DNA of 64,000 nucleotides from NCBI GenBank assembly GCA_963749075.1, contig CAVVLJ010000016.1:32001-96000 (forward strand), given 5' to 3'. The notes under the pieces were generated by a model. That model had not been told where the DNA came from. It searched no databases and was given only the letters and a program-made list of their open reading frames with translations. Numbering within the stretch: position 1 is the first letter of the stretch; each line of letters opens with the position of its first letter. The position numbers were made by a program, and so were the translations under genes. Origin of the DNA: an uncultured Pseudomonadota bacterium (GTDB taxonomy: Bacteria; Pseudomonadota; Alphaproteobacteria; JACZXZ01). Below are positions 20,101 through 29,038 of the stretch, piece by piece.

Positions 20101-22515
20101 ATGTCCGATCCCCTTTCCGAGCCCTCGAGCGACCCCTTCGCACTCCCCGAGGTCGAGCTGCCGGCGCCGGCGGGCGGCCGCACGGCGCGCCCCACGCCCT
20201 ACCTCGACGGGCTCAACGCGGCGCAACGCGAGGCGGTCGAGGCGACGGAGGGGCCGGTTCTCGTGCTGGCCGGTGCCGGCACCGGCAAGACGCGCGTGCT
20301 TACCACGCGCCTCGCCCATCTCCTCCACCAGGGCCTGGCGCGGCCCTGGGAGGTGCTGGCCGTCACCTTCACCAACAAGGCGGCGCGCGAGATGAAGGGG
20401 CGCATCGAGCGCCTCGTGGGCATGCCGGTCGAGCGTCTCTGGCTCGGCACCTTCCACGCCCTCGGCGCGCGCATCCTGCGCCGCCATGCCGAGCTCGCCG
20501 GCCTCAAGCCCAACTTCACGATTCTCGATGCCGACGACCAGCTGCGACTCGTGAAGCAGCTCCTCGAGGCCGAGGCGGTCGACGACAAGCGCTGGCCGGG
20601 GCGCGCCGTGCTCGCGGTCATCCAGCGCTGGAAGGACCGCGGGCTCACGCCCGAGCGCGTGCCGGCGGGCGAAGCGCCCGCCTTCTGGCGTGACGCAAAA
20701 GAAGGCGCCGCACGGGCGGCGCCGAGAGGCGAGGGCGGCGAGATGGCGGGCGGGCGCCTCCTCGAGCTCTACGCCCTCTACCAGGGGCGCCTCGCCACGC
20801 TCAACGCCTGCGACTTCGGCGACCTCCTGCTGCACTGCCTGACCATCTTCACCACGCACGCCGAGGTGCTCAAGGACTATCAGGAGCGCCTCAAATACAT
20901 CCTGGTCGACGAGTACCAGGACACCAACGTGGCGCAATATCTGTGGCTGCGCCTCTTGGCCCGGAAGCACAAGAACATCTGCTGCGTGGGCGACGACGAC
21001 CAGTCCGTCTACAGCTGGCGGGGTGCCGAGGTGGGAAACATCCTGCGCTTCGGCAAGGATTTCCCCGGCGCCCGCGTCATCCGCCTCGAGGAGAACTACC
21101 GCTCCTCCGGCCATATCCTGGCCGCCGCCTCGGGCCTCATCGCGCACAACGCGGGGCGGCTCGGCAAGACCCTCTGGACCCAGGGCGAGGACGGCGAGCG
21201 CCTCTCGGTGCGCGGCCTGTGGGACGGCGAGGCGGAGGCGCGCCTGGTGGCCGACGAGGTCGAGGCCCTGCAGCGCGCGGGCAGCGCCTTGGGCGAGATC
21301 GCCATCCTGGTGCGCGCCGGCTTCCAGACCCGCGAGTTCGAGGAGCGCTTCATCACCATCGGCGTGCCCTATCGGGTGGTGGGGGGCCTGCGCTTCTACG
21401 AGCGCCAGGAGATCCGCGACGCCATCGCCTATTTGCGCGTGATCGCCCAGCCCGCCGACGACCTCGCCTTCGAGCGCATCGTCAACGTCCCGCGCCGCGG
21501 CATCGGCAGCTCGACGCTGCAGGCCGTCCACCGGCTCTCGCGCGCGCAAGCGCTGCCGCTCGCCGCGGCGGCGCAGCGCCTCGCCGAGACCGACGAGCTC
21601 AAGCCCAAGGCGCGCACGGCCCTCGCCTCGCTGGGCGAGGACTTCGCGCGCTGGCGCGCCATGGCCGAGGCGCTCGGCCACGGCGAGCTCGCCGAGACGG
21701 TGCTCGACGAGTCGGGCTACACCGCCATGTGGCAGGCGGACAAATCGCCCGAGGCGCCGGGCCGGCTCGAGAACCTCAAGGAGCTCGTGCACGCGCTCGA
21801 GGAGTTCGAGAGCCTGGAGGGTTTCCTCGACCATGTGAGCCTCGTCATGGAGAACGAGGAGGCGGGCAGCCGCGACCAGCTCAGCCTGATGACGCTCCAT
21901 TCGGCCAAGGGCCTCGAGTTCGACTTCGTCTTCCTGCCCGGCTGGGAGGAGGGCCTCTTCCCCCATCAGCGCGCCCTCGAGGAGGGCGGCGTCGCCTCGC
22001 TCGAGGAGGAGCGCCGGCTCGCCTATGTCGGCCTCACGCGCGCGCGCCGGCGCGCCTATATCTCCTTCGCCGCCAACCGGCGCATCCATAACCAGTGGCA
22101 GAGCGCCATCCCGTCGCGCTTCATCGCCGAGCTGCCGGTCGAGCGCATCGACGTGGAGGCCGAGCCGGGGCTCTACGGCGGCTCGCACGGGGTGGGCCGG
22201 CCGGCGCCGGACGCCGCGCGCAATTACGGCTACGCGGGCGGCGCCGGCCACAGGGGAGGCGGCCACAGGGGAGGCGGCCACTGGGGAGGCGGCCACTGGG
22301 GAGGCGGCCAGCGGCAGCGCGGCCGCCTCATCGAGGGTGCGGCGGAGCGCCTTCTCGAGGAGCGGCGGGAGCGCCATTTCGCGGTCGGCGCGCGGGTCTT
22401 CCACCAGAAGTTCGGCACCGGCAGCGTGCTCGCGTCGGACGGCGACAAGCTCTCGGTCGCCTTCGATCACGCCGGCGAGAAGAAGGTCTTCGCGAGCTTC
22501 CTCGAGCCGGCGTGA
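20101..22515 (+). CDS. uvrD: ATP-dependent DNA helicase UvrD/PcrA
   Basis: AGAGTGKT, TFTNKAAREM, VDEYQD, TLHSAKGLEF, EERRLAYV, C-terminal Tudor-like HQKFGTG. Confidence 0.96.
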   Translation: MSDPLSEPSSDPFALPEVELPAPAGGRTARPTPYLDGLNAAQREAVEATEGPVLVLAGAGTGKTRVLTTRLAHLLHQGLARPWEVLAVTFTNKAAREMKGRIERLVGMPVERLWLGTFHALGARILRRHAELAGLKPNFTILDADDQLRLVKQLLEAEAVDDKRWPGRAVLAVIQRWKDRGLTPERVPAGEAPAFWRDAKEGAARAAPRGEGGEMAGGRLLELYALYQGRLATLNACDFGDLLLHCLTIFTTHAEVLKDYQERLKYILVDEYQDTNVAQYLWLRLLARKHKNICCVGDDDQSVYSWRGAEVGNILRFGKDFPGARVIRLEENYRSSGHILAAASGLIAHNAGRLGKTLWTQGEDGERLSVRGLWDGEAEARLVADEVEALQRAGSALGEIAILVRAGFQTREFEERFITIGVPYRVVGGLRFYERQEIRDAIAYLRVIAQPADDLAFERIVNVPRRGIGSSTLQAVHRLSRAQALPLAAAAQRLAETDELKPKARTALASLGEDFARWRAMAEALGHGELAETVLDESGYTAMWQADKSPEAPGRLENLKELVHALEEFESLEGFLDHVSLVMENEEAGSRDQLSLMTLHSAKGLEFDFVFLPGWEEGLFPHQRALEEGGVASLEEERRLAYVGLTRARRRAYISFAANRRIHNQWQSAIPSRFIAELPVERIDVEAEPGLYGGSHGVGRPAPDAARNYGYAGGAGHRGGGHRGGGHWGGGHWGGGQRQRGRLIEGAAERLLEERRERHFAVGARVFHQKFGTGSVLASDGDKLSVAFDHAGEKKVFASFLEPA
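22246..22310 (+). repeat. 15-bp tandem repeat, about 4.3 units, encoding GH(R/W)GG
   Basis: ggccacaggggaggc x2, ggccactggggaggc x2, ggcca. Confidence 0.92.
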
Positions 22516-22517
22516 GC

Positions 22518-23411
22518 ATGGCCGCTCGGCTCTGGCTTCTGGCCTTCGAGGTGGCCAAGGCGGGGGGCGGCGTCTTCGCCGATCTCGCGAGCCGCGTCAC
22601 CGACAATTTCACCGTCTTCGAGACGGCGTGCGGCGGCCACTGGCGCTTCGAGCTCCTGCTCGAGAGCGAGCCGGATCGCGTAGCGCTCGAGACGCGTGCA
22701 GCGCTCGCCGCGGCCGCCCTTGGCCTGCCGCCTCCCGTGCTCGAGAGTGCCGAGCTCGCGGAGAGGGATTGGCTCGCGGAGAACCGGCGCCAGTTCCCGC
22801 CCATGCGCGCCGGGCGATTTTTCGTCCATGGCTCCTTCTTCGCGGGCGCCGTGCCGCGCGGCTCCATCGCACTCGACCTCGACGCGGGTCTCGCCTTCGG
22901 CAGCGGCAGCCACGGCTCGACGCGCGGCTGCCTCCTCGCCATCGACCGCCTGGCGCGGCGCCGGCGCTTCCGCCGCCCGCTCGATCTCGGCTGCGGCTCG
23001 GGCATCCTGGCGCTCGCCATGGCCAAGCTGTGGCGCCGGCCGGTGGCGGCCGCCGATGCCGATCCGGTGGCGGTCGCCGTCGCCCGCGGCAATGCGCGGC
23101 GAAACGGCGTGCAGCGCCTGGTGCGGCCGCTCGTGAGCCGCGGGCTCGCCCAGCGCGCATTGCGCGGCGGCCGGCGCTACGATCTCATCGTCGCCAATAT
23201 CCTCGCGCGTCCGCTCGAGCGCCTGGCGCCGGCGCTCGTCCGCGCGTTGCGGCCCGGGGGCGTGCTCGTGCTCTCGGGCCTCCTTGCCGGAGAGCGTGCA
23301 GCGGTGCTCGCCGCCTACCGCACGCAGGGCGGCACCCTCGCCTGGCGCATGACGCTTGGCGATTGGGTGACGCTGGTATTGCAGAAAGCGGGGCCGCGCG
23401 GCGTTCGCTGA
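22518..23411 (+). CDS. prmA: Ribosomal protein L11 methyltransferase
   Basis: AFGSGSHGST, LDLGCGSGIL, ANILARP, LSGLL. Confidence 0.9.
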   Translation: MAARLWLLAFEVAKAGGGVFADLASRVTDNFTVFETACGGHWRFELLLESEPDRVALETRAALAAAALGLPPPVLESAELAERDWLAENRRQFPPMRAGRFFVHGSFFAGAVPRGSIALDLDAGLAFGSGSHGSTRGCLLAIDRLARRRRFRRPLDLGCGSGILALAMAKLWRRPVAAADADPVAVAVARGNARRNGVQRLVRPLVSRGLAQRALRGGRRYDLIVANILARPLERLAPALVRALRPGGVLVLSGLLAGERAAVLAAYRTQGGTLAWRMTLGDWVTLVLQKAGPRGVR

Positions 23412-23423
23412 CGGCAGCCCGCG

Positions 23424-24131
23424 TCAGAATTTCAGCTTCATATCGACGCCGAAATTGCTGCGGTCCCCGAGATAGCGGGTATCGGGCGCCGACTTCGTGT
23501 CGGGCGTGCGCAGCGGCTGGTTGAGCCTGGCGTCGAGCGTCAACATGCCCAGCTGGACGACGGCATCGATCCCCGGCGACGGGGTGAGGCGCAGGTCGTG
23601 GGGTGCCGAGATGCGCGCGTCGTAGGCGTTCGCGGGCGGCAGCCCGAGGAGCTCCAGCGAGGGGACGATGGTCATATTGCCGATCCGCGGCACCTCGAAG
23701 CGGACCGCCTTGGCGGCGCCGCCGTCCACCGTCACCGGCAACACAACCGGATCGGAAAAGGGCAGCGCCTCGGCCGGCAGTGCGCCCCTGGCCGGCGTCG
23801 AGGTCTGAACCTCGAGAATCAAGAGCGCCATCTCGTCTGCCGCCGCAACCGCAGGCTTGGGCGCCGGCACCGGCAGCGGCGGCTCCTCATTCCGCGCCAC
23901 GGGTGCTACGCTCGGCGCGGGCGGGGCGCTGGATGAGGCGATGGGGGCGAGGGGGAGGAACTCCAGCCAGAGCGCCTCGGCGCCGATGAGCTCCGTGCGC
24001 GCCGCGGCCGGGAGGGCAGGCTTGGCGACGGGCAACGGCGGGTCGTCGGGCATTACTACGCTCTCCGCCTGGCCACGAGCAGCCAGAACCGTGAGGCCCA
24101 ACGCCAAAGCCATATGGTGAATCCGGCGCAT
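23424..24131 (-). CDS. Hypothetical exported Pro-rich protein with terminal Phe beta-signal-like end
   Basis: Signal peptide; GGAGAGGGG RBS; ends GVDMKLKF. Confidence 0.6.
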   Translation of the reverse strand: MRRIHHMALALGLTVLAARGQAESVVMPDDPPLPVAKPALPAAARTELIGAEALWLEFLPLAPIASSSAPPAPSVAPVARNEEPPLPVPAPKPAVAAADEMALLILEVQTSTPARGALPAEALPFSDPVVLPVTVDGGAAKAVRFEVPRIGNMTIVPSLELLGLPPANAYDARISAPHDLRLTPSPGIDAVVQLGMLTLDARLNQPLRTPDTKSAPDTRYLGDRSNFGVDMKLKF

Positions 24132-24252
24132 CCGCCGCGACCCCCCCTCTCCCCGTGTCTCAAATTTTAGTCATTTTGCCGATATATGCAAGTTCTGCGG
24201 GAGACAAAAGGGAGGAGGGGTCGTGCGCGGGCACGCCGCTCGGCGGGGAGGG

Positions 24253-24498
24253 TCAGGCTACGGCGGCGGGCTTGTTCTCGTTGGCGGCGGGGTGCCGGGT
24301 CATCTCGCCGGCAAGGATTCCCGGGATCTGGCTGCGGCTGATGCCGATGTCGGAGAGCATGTGGTCGTCGAGCGCCATCAGCTCGCTGTAGGCGGCCTCG
24401 CGGGCACGCCAGCTCGCGAGCGGCCTCAAGACCAAGCGATCAAGCAAGCGGCCGATACTGCGCGACACGGCGGGAAAGGCAACGATATTCGAGCTCAT
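24253..24498 (-). CDS. DUF1127 (YjiS-like) small protein
   Basis: W..R....ELMALDDHMLSDIGISR signature. Confidence 0.92.
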   Translation of the reverse strand: MSSNIVAFPAVSRSIGRLLDRLVLRPLASWRAREAAYSELMALDDHMLSDIGISRSQIPGILAGEMTRHPAANENKPAAVA

Positions 24499-24627
24499 CT
24501 CTTCTACGTCCTCTTCTAGGCTGACGCCTTGTGCGGCGTCGACGGGGTGCTAAAGGCTTGGGAGGGCCACCCCATTGCCCGTCCAGCAACAGACATAGGC
24601 TCGCGCGGGGCCGCTGGTCAGGGGAAT

Positions 24628-24657
24628 TTGTGCAACGCAGCAATGCAATTAAATCAT
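24628..24657. promoter_or_regulatory. Putative PhaR-type box and LysR T-N11-A site upstream of the DUF1127 gene
   Basis: TGCGTTGCACAA on minus strand (24628-24639); ATG-caattaaat-CAT dyad (24643-24657). Confidence 0.4.
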
Positions 24658-24805
24658 GTAACTCGTGTTATCAATGCGTCGGGCGCGTGACAGTTTGCCG
24701 CAGCCGGGTGCCGCAGGGGCAGCGCCCTGCCTCCCCTTGTCTCGCCTCGGGGCGCGGCCTAGCTTGAGTGCCGCCGCGCGAGCAAGCGCGGATCGAGGAG
24801 GTGCC

Positions 24806-26845
24806 GTGTCGCAGTGTCGAGCCGTCTACCAGGGCGACGAGGTGCTTCAGCAGCTCTTGGCCAAGCACGGGGCAGCCTCCGGGCCAGCGGAGGTGCGGGC
24901 TCTTCTCGAGGGCGTCATAGCGGCACCCGAGGCGGAAGATGCCGCTGGCTGGGTGACGCTCGTCGCCCCTGAGCCGAGCGGGGCGCTCACGGCGCAGCTT
25001 TTGGCGCTCGAGTCGCTGCTCCGCCGGGAGACCGAGGTGCGCGCCGCGCGGGAGCCGCCGCTCGCCGAGCGCCTGGCGCTCTTGCGGGCGGAGCTTGCGG
25101 CTCGCGGCCTCGCCGGCTTCGTGGTGCCGCGCGGCGACGAGCACCAGGGCGAGTATGTCCCGCAGCACTCCGAGCGCCTGGCCTGGCTCACCGGCTTCAC
25201 CGGCTCGGCCGGGGCGGCGGCGGTGCTGGCGGAGAGCGCGGCGATCTTCGTCGACGGGCGTTACACCCTTCAGGTACGCGACCAGGTCGCGGCGGAGCTC
25301 TGGGAGTTCCACCACCTCATCGAGAACCCGCCTGCGGCCTGGATCGCGGCACGGCTCGCGCCGGGTGCGGCCCTCGGCTACGACCCTTGGCTGCACACGC
25401 CGGCCGAGCGCGAGCGCTACGCCGCCGCGGCGGCCAAGGCGGGCGGGCGGCTCGTGCCATGCGAGGGCAATCCGGTCGATGCCGTGTGGTCAGCGCAGCC
25501 GGCGCCGCCCATAGCGCCGGTCGTGGCGCATCCCCTCGCTTATGCCGGCAAGGCCGCGGCGGAGAAACGCGCTGAGCTGGCGGCGGTTCTTGCCGAGGAG
25601 GGTGTCGCGGCGGCGGTGCTCACGGCACCCGACTCGATCGCCTGGCTCCTCAACGTCCGCGGCGGCGATGTGCCCCATACGCCGCTCCCCCTCTCTTTCG
25701 CGATCCTCGGCGCCGACGGCGCGGTCGAGCTCTTCTGCGATCCGCGCAAGCTGGCGCCCGGCCTCGGCAAGCATCTTGGCAATGGCGTGCGGGTGCGCCC
25801 GCGCGAGGAGCTGGCGGCCGCCCTCGATGCCCTGGGCCAGGCGCGCAAACGCGTCGCCGCGGACGCCAACAGCGCCGCCGCCTTCATCTTCGACCGCCTC
25901 GAGCGAGCCGGCGCCGAGATCGTGAAGGGCGCCGATCCCTGCGCGCTGCCCAAGGCATGCAAGAACGAGGTGGAGCTCGCCGGTGCGCGCGCCGCGCACC
26001 TGCGCGATGGTGCGGCGCTCACGCGCTTTCTCGCCTGGATCAAGGACGAGGCGGAGAAGGGCGGCATCAGGGAGAGTGCGGCTGCCGAGCGGCTCCATGA
26101 GCTGCGCCGCGAGGGCGAGCACTTCCGCGACCTCAGCTTCTCGACGATCGCCGGCTCGGGACCGAACGGCGCCATCGTGCACTACCGCGTGAGCGCCGCG
26201 AGCGACCGGACCATCCGGCCGGGCGAGCTCTTCCTCGTCGATTCGGGCGCCCAGTATCTCGACGGCACGACCAACGTCACGCGCACGCTCGCCATCGGCA
26301 CGCCGGCGCCCGAGATGCGCGAGCGCTTCACCCGCGTGCTCAAGGGCCACATCGCACTGGCCCTCGCGCGCTTTCCCGCCGGCACCACGGGCTCTCAGCT
26401 CGACGCTTTGGCGCGCAACGCCCTCTGGCAGGCCGGCCTCGATTACGACCACGGCACCGGCCACGGGGTGGGGAGCTATCTCGGCGTGCACGAGGGACCG
26501 CAGCGCATCTCCAAGATCCCCAACACCGTGGCGCTCAGGCCCGGCATGATCGTCTCGAACGAGCCGGGCTACTACAAGGCCGGCGCCTACGGCATCCGCA
26601 TCGAGAACCTGGTCGCCGTCGTCACGTCCGATGGCGCCCTGGCGGCCGAGCGTCCGATGCTCGCCTTCGAGACGCTCACCCTGGCGCCCATCGAGCGCGA
26701 TCTCGTGGCCCCGGAGCTCTTGTCGCGCGAGGAGACGGCCTGGCTCGATGCCTATCACGCCCGCGTCGCCGCGACCCTCGCCCCGCTCGTCGACGACGCC
26801 ACGCGGCGCTGGCTCGCCCAAGCGACGCGGCCCATCGGCGCCTAA
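24806..26845 (+). CDS. Xaa-Pro aminopeptidase (M24B, XPNPEP1-type) with N-terminal extension
   Basis: DEHQGEY, TGFTGSAG, VDGRY, HGTGHGVG, SNEPGYY, RIEN; GAGGAG RBS before GTG. Confidence 0.93.
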   Translation: MSQCRAVYQGDEVLQQLLAKHGAASGPAEVRALLEGVIAAPEAEDAAGWVTLVAPEPSGALTAQLLALESLLRRETEVRAAREPPLAERLALLRAELAARGLAGFVVPRGDEHQGEYVPQHSERLAWLTGFTGSAGAAAVLAESAAIFVDGRYTLQVRDQVAAELWEFHHLIENPPAAWIAARLAPGAALGYDPWLHTPAERERYAAAAAKAGGRLVPCEGNPVDAVWSAQPAPPIAPVVAHPLAYAGKAAAEKRAELAAVLAEEGVAAAVLTAPDSIAWLLNVRGGDVPHTPLPLSFAILGADGAVELFCDPRKLAPGLGKHLGNGVRVRPREELAAALDALGQARKRVAADANSAAAFIFDRLERAGAEIVKGADPCALPKACKNEVELAGARAAHLRDGAALTRFLAWIKDEAEKGGIRESAAAERLHELRREGEHFRDLSFSTIAGSGPNGAIVHYRVSAASDRTIRPGELFLVDSGAQYLDGTTNVTRTLAIGTPAPEMRERFTRVLKGHIALALARFPAGTTGSQLDALARNALWQAGLDYDHGTGHGVGSYLGVHEGPQRISKIPNTVALRPGMIVSNEPGYYKAGAYGIRIENLVAVVTSDGALAAERPMLAFETLTLAPIERDLVAPELLSREETAWLDAYHARVAATLAPLVDDATRRWLAQATRPIGA

Positions 26846-26850
26846 AGTGC

Positions 26851-27765
26851 TCACACGGCGATGCGGTAGGCGCGCCGGGCGTTGTCGCTGAAGAGCTTGC
26901 GCCGCACCGCGAGCGGCAGGTCGGCGACGATGGCCTTGAAGCCGTCGAAGATGCGGGCGAAGCTCGCGCACAGGCCGTCGACCGGGAAGTTGCTGGCGAA
27001 CATGGCGCGGTCGGAGCCGAAGATGTCGATCGCCGCGCGCACGATCGGACGGTTGTCCTCGACCGTCCAGGGCCTGCCCGCCTGCCCGAGGCCCGAGATC
27101 TTGACCCAGGTATTGGGCTCGGCCGCGAACGCCGCCATGGCCTCGCGCCACGCCGCGAGGCCGCTCTCGCTGCGGTCGCTCGGCAGGCCGGCGTGGTTGA
27201 GCACGATGGGGATCTCCGGGAAGTCGCGCGCCAGTGCCGCCGCCTCGTGGAGGTGCCAATAGGGCACCTGGAGCTCGTAATGGAAGCCGTAGGCCGCGAG
27301 CTTTTGGTAGCCGCGCCGCCAGCGCGGATCGCTCATCGAGCCGAAGGCGCCGGGCAAGATCTTGCCCGCCGAGGGTGCCGCCGCCGGCTTCTGGCGGATG
27401 CCGCGCACGAGGGGAAAGGCCGCGTGGCGGCGCAAGATACGCTCGATGTCCTGGCTCTCGAAGCGGGCATGGGCGATGACGGCGTTGGGGAAGCCGTGGC
27501 GCTCGGCGATCTCGTGCACGAAGCGAGTCTCCATGACCGGGTCGTCGCGCGCGGCTTCGGCTTCCATGTGCACCGTCGCCACCACGCGATGGCGTCCGGC
27601 GTCGCGGCGATAGTCGCACGCCAGGTAATTGCGGCGGAGCGGTGCCGAGCAGCCGTAGCGGGTCGCGCGGGGCGGGTCGCCGCTGAGCCAGGGATAGCTC
27701 AGGCGCCCGAGGTCCCACAGGTGATGATGCGCATCGACGATCTCGATCTCGGACACGGCATTCAC
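26851..27765 (-). CDS. Amidohydrolase_2 family protein (lactonase-like)
   Basis: VDAHHHLWD, LNHAG, KISG, FASNFPVD. Confidence 0.9.
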   Translation of the reverse strand: MNAVSEIEIVDAHHHLWDLGRLSYPWLSGDPPRATRYGCSAPLRRNYLACDYRRDAGRHRVVATVHMEAEAARDDPVMETRFVHEIAERHGFPNAVIAHARFESQDIERILRRHAAFPLVRGIRQKPAAAPSAGKILPGAFGSMSDPRWRRGYQKLAAYGFHYELQVPYWHLHEAAALARDFPEIPIVLNHAGLPSDRSESGLAAWREAMAAFAAEPNTWVKISGLGQAGRPWTVEDNRPIVRAAIDIFGSDRAMFASNFPVDGLCASFARIFDGFKAIVADLPLAVRRKLFSDNARRAYRIAV

Positions 27766-27820
27766 CCGAGGCAGGGAACGGACGGGCGGCGCGCAAGGAG
27801 CATGGCGCTCCCCGCTCGAG

Positions 27821-27982
27821 CTATTCCAGCGCCGCCGCCGTCGAATGCACGCTCGGCGTGCCCGCCACGAGCTGGAGCACCGGCGCGCTCCGCCAGGAGA
27901 ATTCGAGGCCCGAGCACGCGGTGATCGCGATGAGCATGGCCGCCACCAGGATCCAGGAAGAGCAAAGATCGCGCTTGGTCAT
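27821..27982 (-). CDS. Small membrane or lipoprotein candidate, 53 aa
   Basis: MTKRDLCSSWILVAAMLIAITAC: hydrophobic stretch plus possible lipobox; GGGGA RBS. Confidence 0.45.
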   Translation of the reverse strand: MTKRDLCSSWILVAAMLIAITACSGLEFSWRSAPVLQLVAGTPSVHSTAAALE

Positions 27983-28242
27983 GGCCGTTGTCCCCGTTGG
28001 GGCCTCCTCCGAGCTCGCGGCCGCAGGAGGCATTTGATCGTGAGTGGCAGGCTAACGCTCTTCCGGCCGGCCAGCTATGACGGGCATCACATGGTGCGCC
28101 GTGACCGCCGTCACCGCGCGGGGCGGGCGCAGAATAGGCTCAATAATTTCCCGGAGGCGCGCTATTGTCGCGCCGGCGCCGCAGCACGCAATGCCCTCGG
28201 CTCGGCGGCGCCCGGCGAAGGGCGGGGCAGGGGAGGCACGAG

Positions 28243-29031
28243 ATGGCACTTGCGCTCAGGAATCCGGCGCGCGAGCGGCTCGAGAAGGGCGAATTGGCGC
28301 TCGGCATCGGCATCCGCCAGGCGCGCAGCGTGGACATCGCCAAGATCATGAAGAGCTGCGGCTACGACTGGCTCTTCCTCGATCTCGAGCACGGCGTCAT
28401 GGCGCTCGACAGCGCGGTGCAGATCGCCGTGGCGGCACTCGACGCGGGCATAGCCCCTCTCGTGCGCGTGCCCTCGGGGCAATATTGGCTGGCCACGCGC
28501 GCGCTCGACGGCGGTGCGCTCGGCATCGTCATGCCGCACGTCGACAGCGCCGAGGAGGCCGCCGAGCTCGTCGACCGGCTCAAATACCCGCCCCAGGGCC
28601 ACCGCTCCTCGGGCGGCAATTTCCCGCAATTCGATTTCCGCGGCGTCGGCGCCGGCGAGGCGACCCAGGCGCTCAACGCCGGCAACCTCGTCGTCGCCAT
28701 GCTGGAGACGCCGCGCGCCATCACCAACGCCGATGCCATCGCGGCGGTGCCGGGCGTGGACGTGCTCCTCATCGGCACCAACGACTTGACGCTCGAGATG
28801 GGCATTCCGGGCAAGCTCGGCGACGCGCGCGTCGAGGCCGCCTACGAGGCCGTCGTGGCCGCCTGCCGCACGCACGGCAAGCACCCGGGCATGGGCGGCG
28901 TCTACAGCGAGGAGCTTCTCAAGCGCTATATCGGCCTCGGCATGCGCATGGTGCTCTGCGGCGGCGACCTCGGCATGATGATGAGCGCCGCCACGGCGCG
29001 CGCCGGCTTCGTGCGGGAGTGCCTGGCGTAG
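28243..29031 (+). CDS. HpcH/HpaI aldolase family protein
   Basis: DWLFLDLEHG, KYPPQGHR, MLET, IGTNDL. Confidence 0.92.
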   Translation: MALALRNPARERLEKGELALGIGIRQARSVDIAKIMKSCGYDWLFLDLEHGVMALDSAVQIAVAALDAGIAPLVRVPSGQYWLATRALDGGALGIVMPHVDSAEEAAELVDRLKYPPQGHRSSGGNFPQFDFRGVGAGEATQALNAGNLVVAMLETPRAITNADAIAAVPGVDVLLIGTNDLTLEMGIPGKLGDARVEAAYEAVVAACRTHGKHPGMGGVYSEELLKRYIGLGMRMVLCGGDLGMMMSAATARAGFVRECLA

Positions 29032-29038
29032 CGCAGCG

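Noticed and set aside
26851-27765. Amidohydrolase as the PicC-type decarboxylase of the pic-like pathway
   Set aside because: DAHHHLWD and SNFPVD motifs point to the lactonase-like subgroup; no operator copy seen upstream
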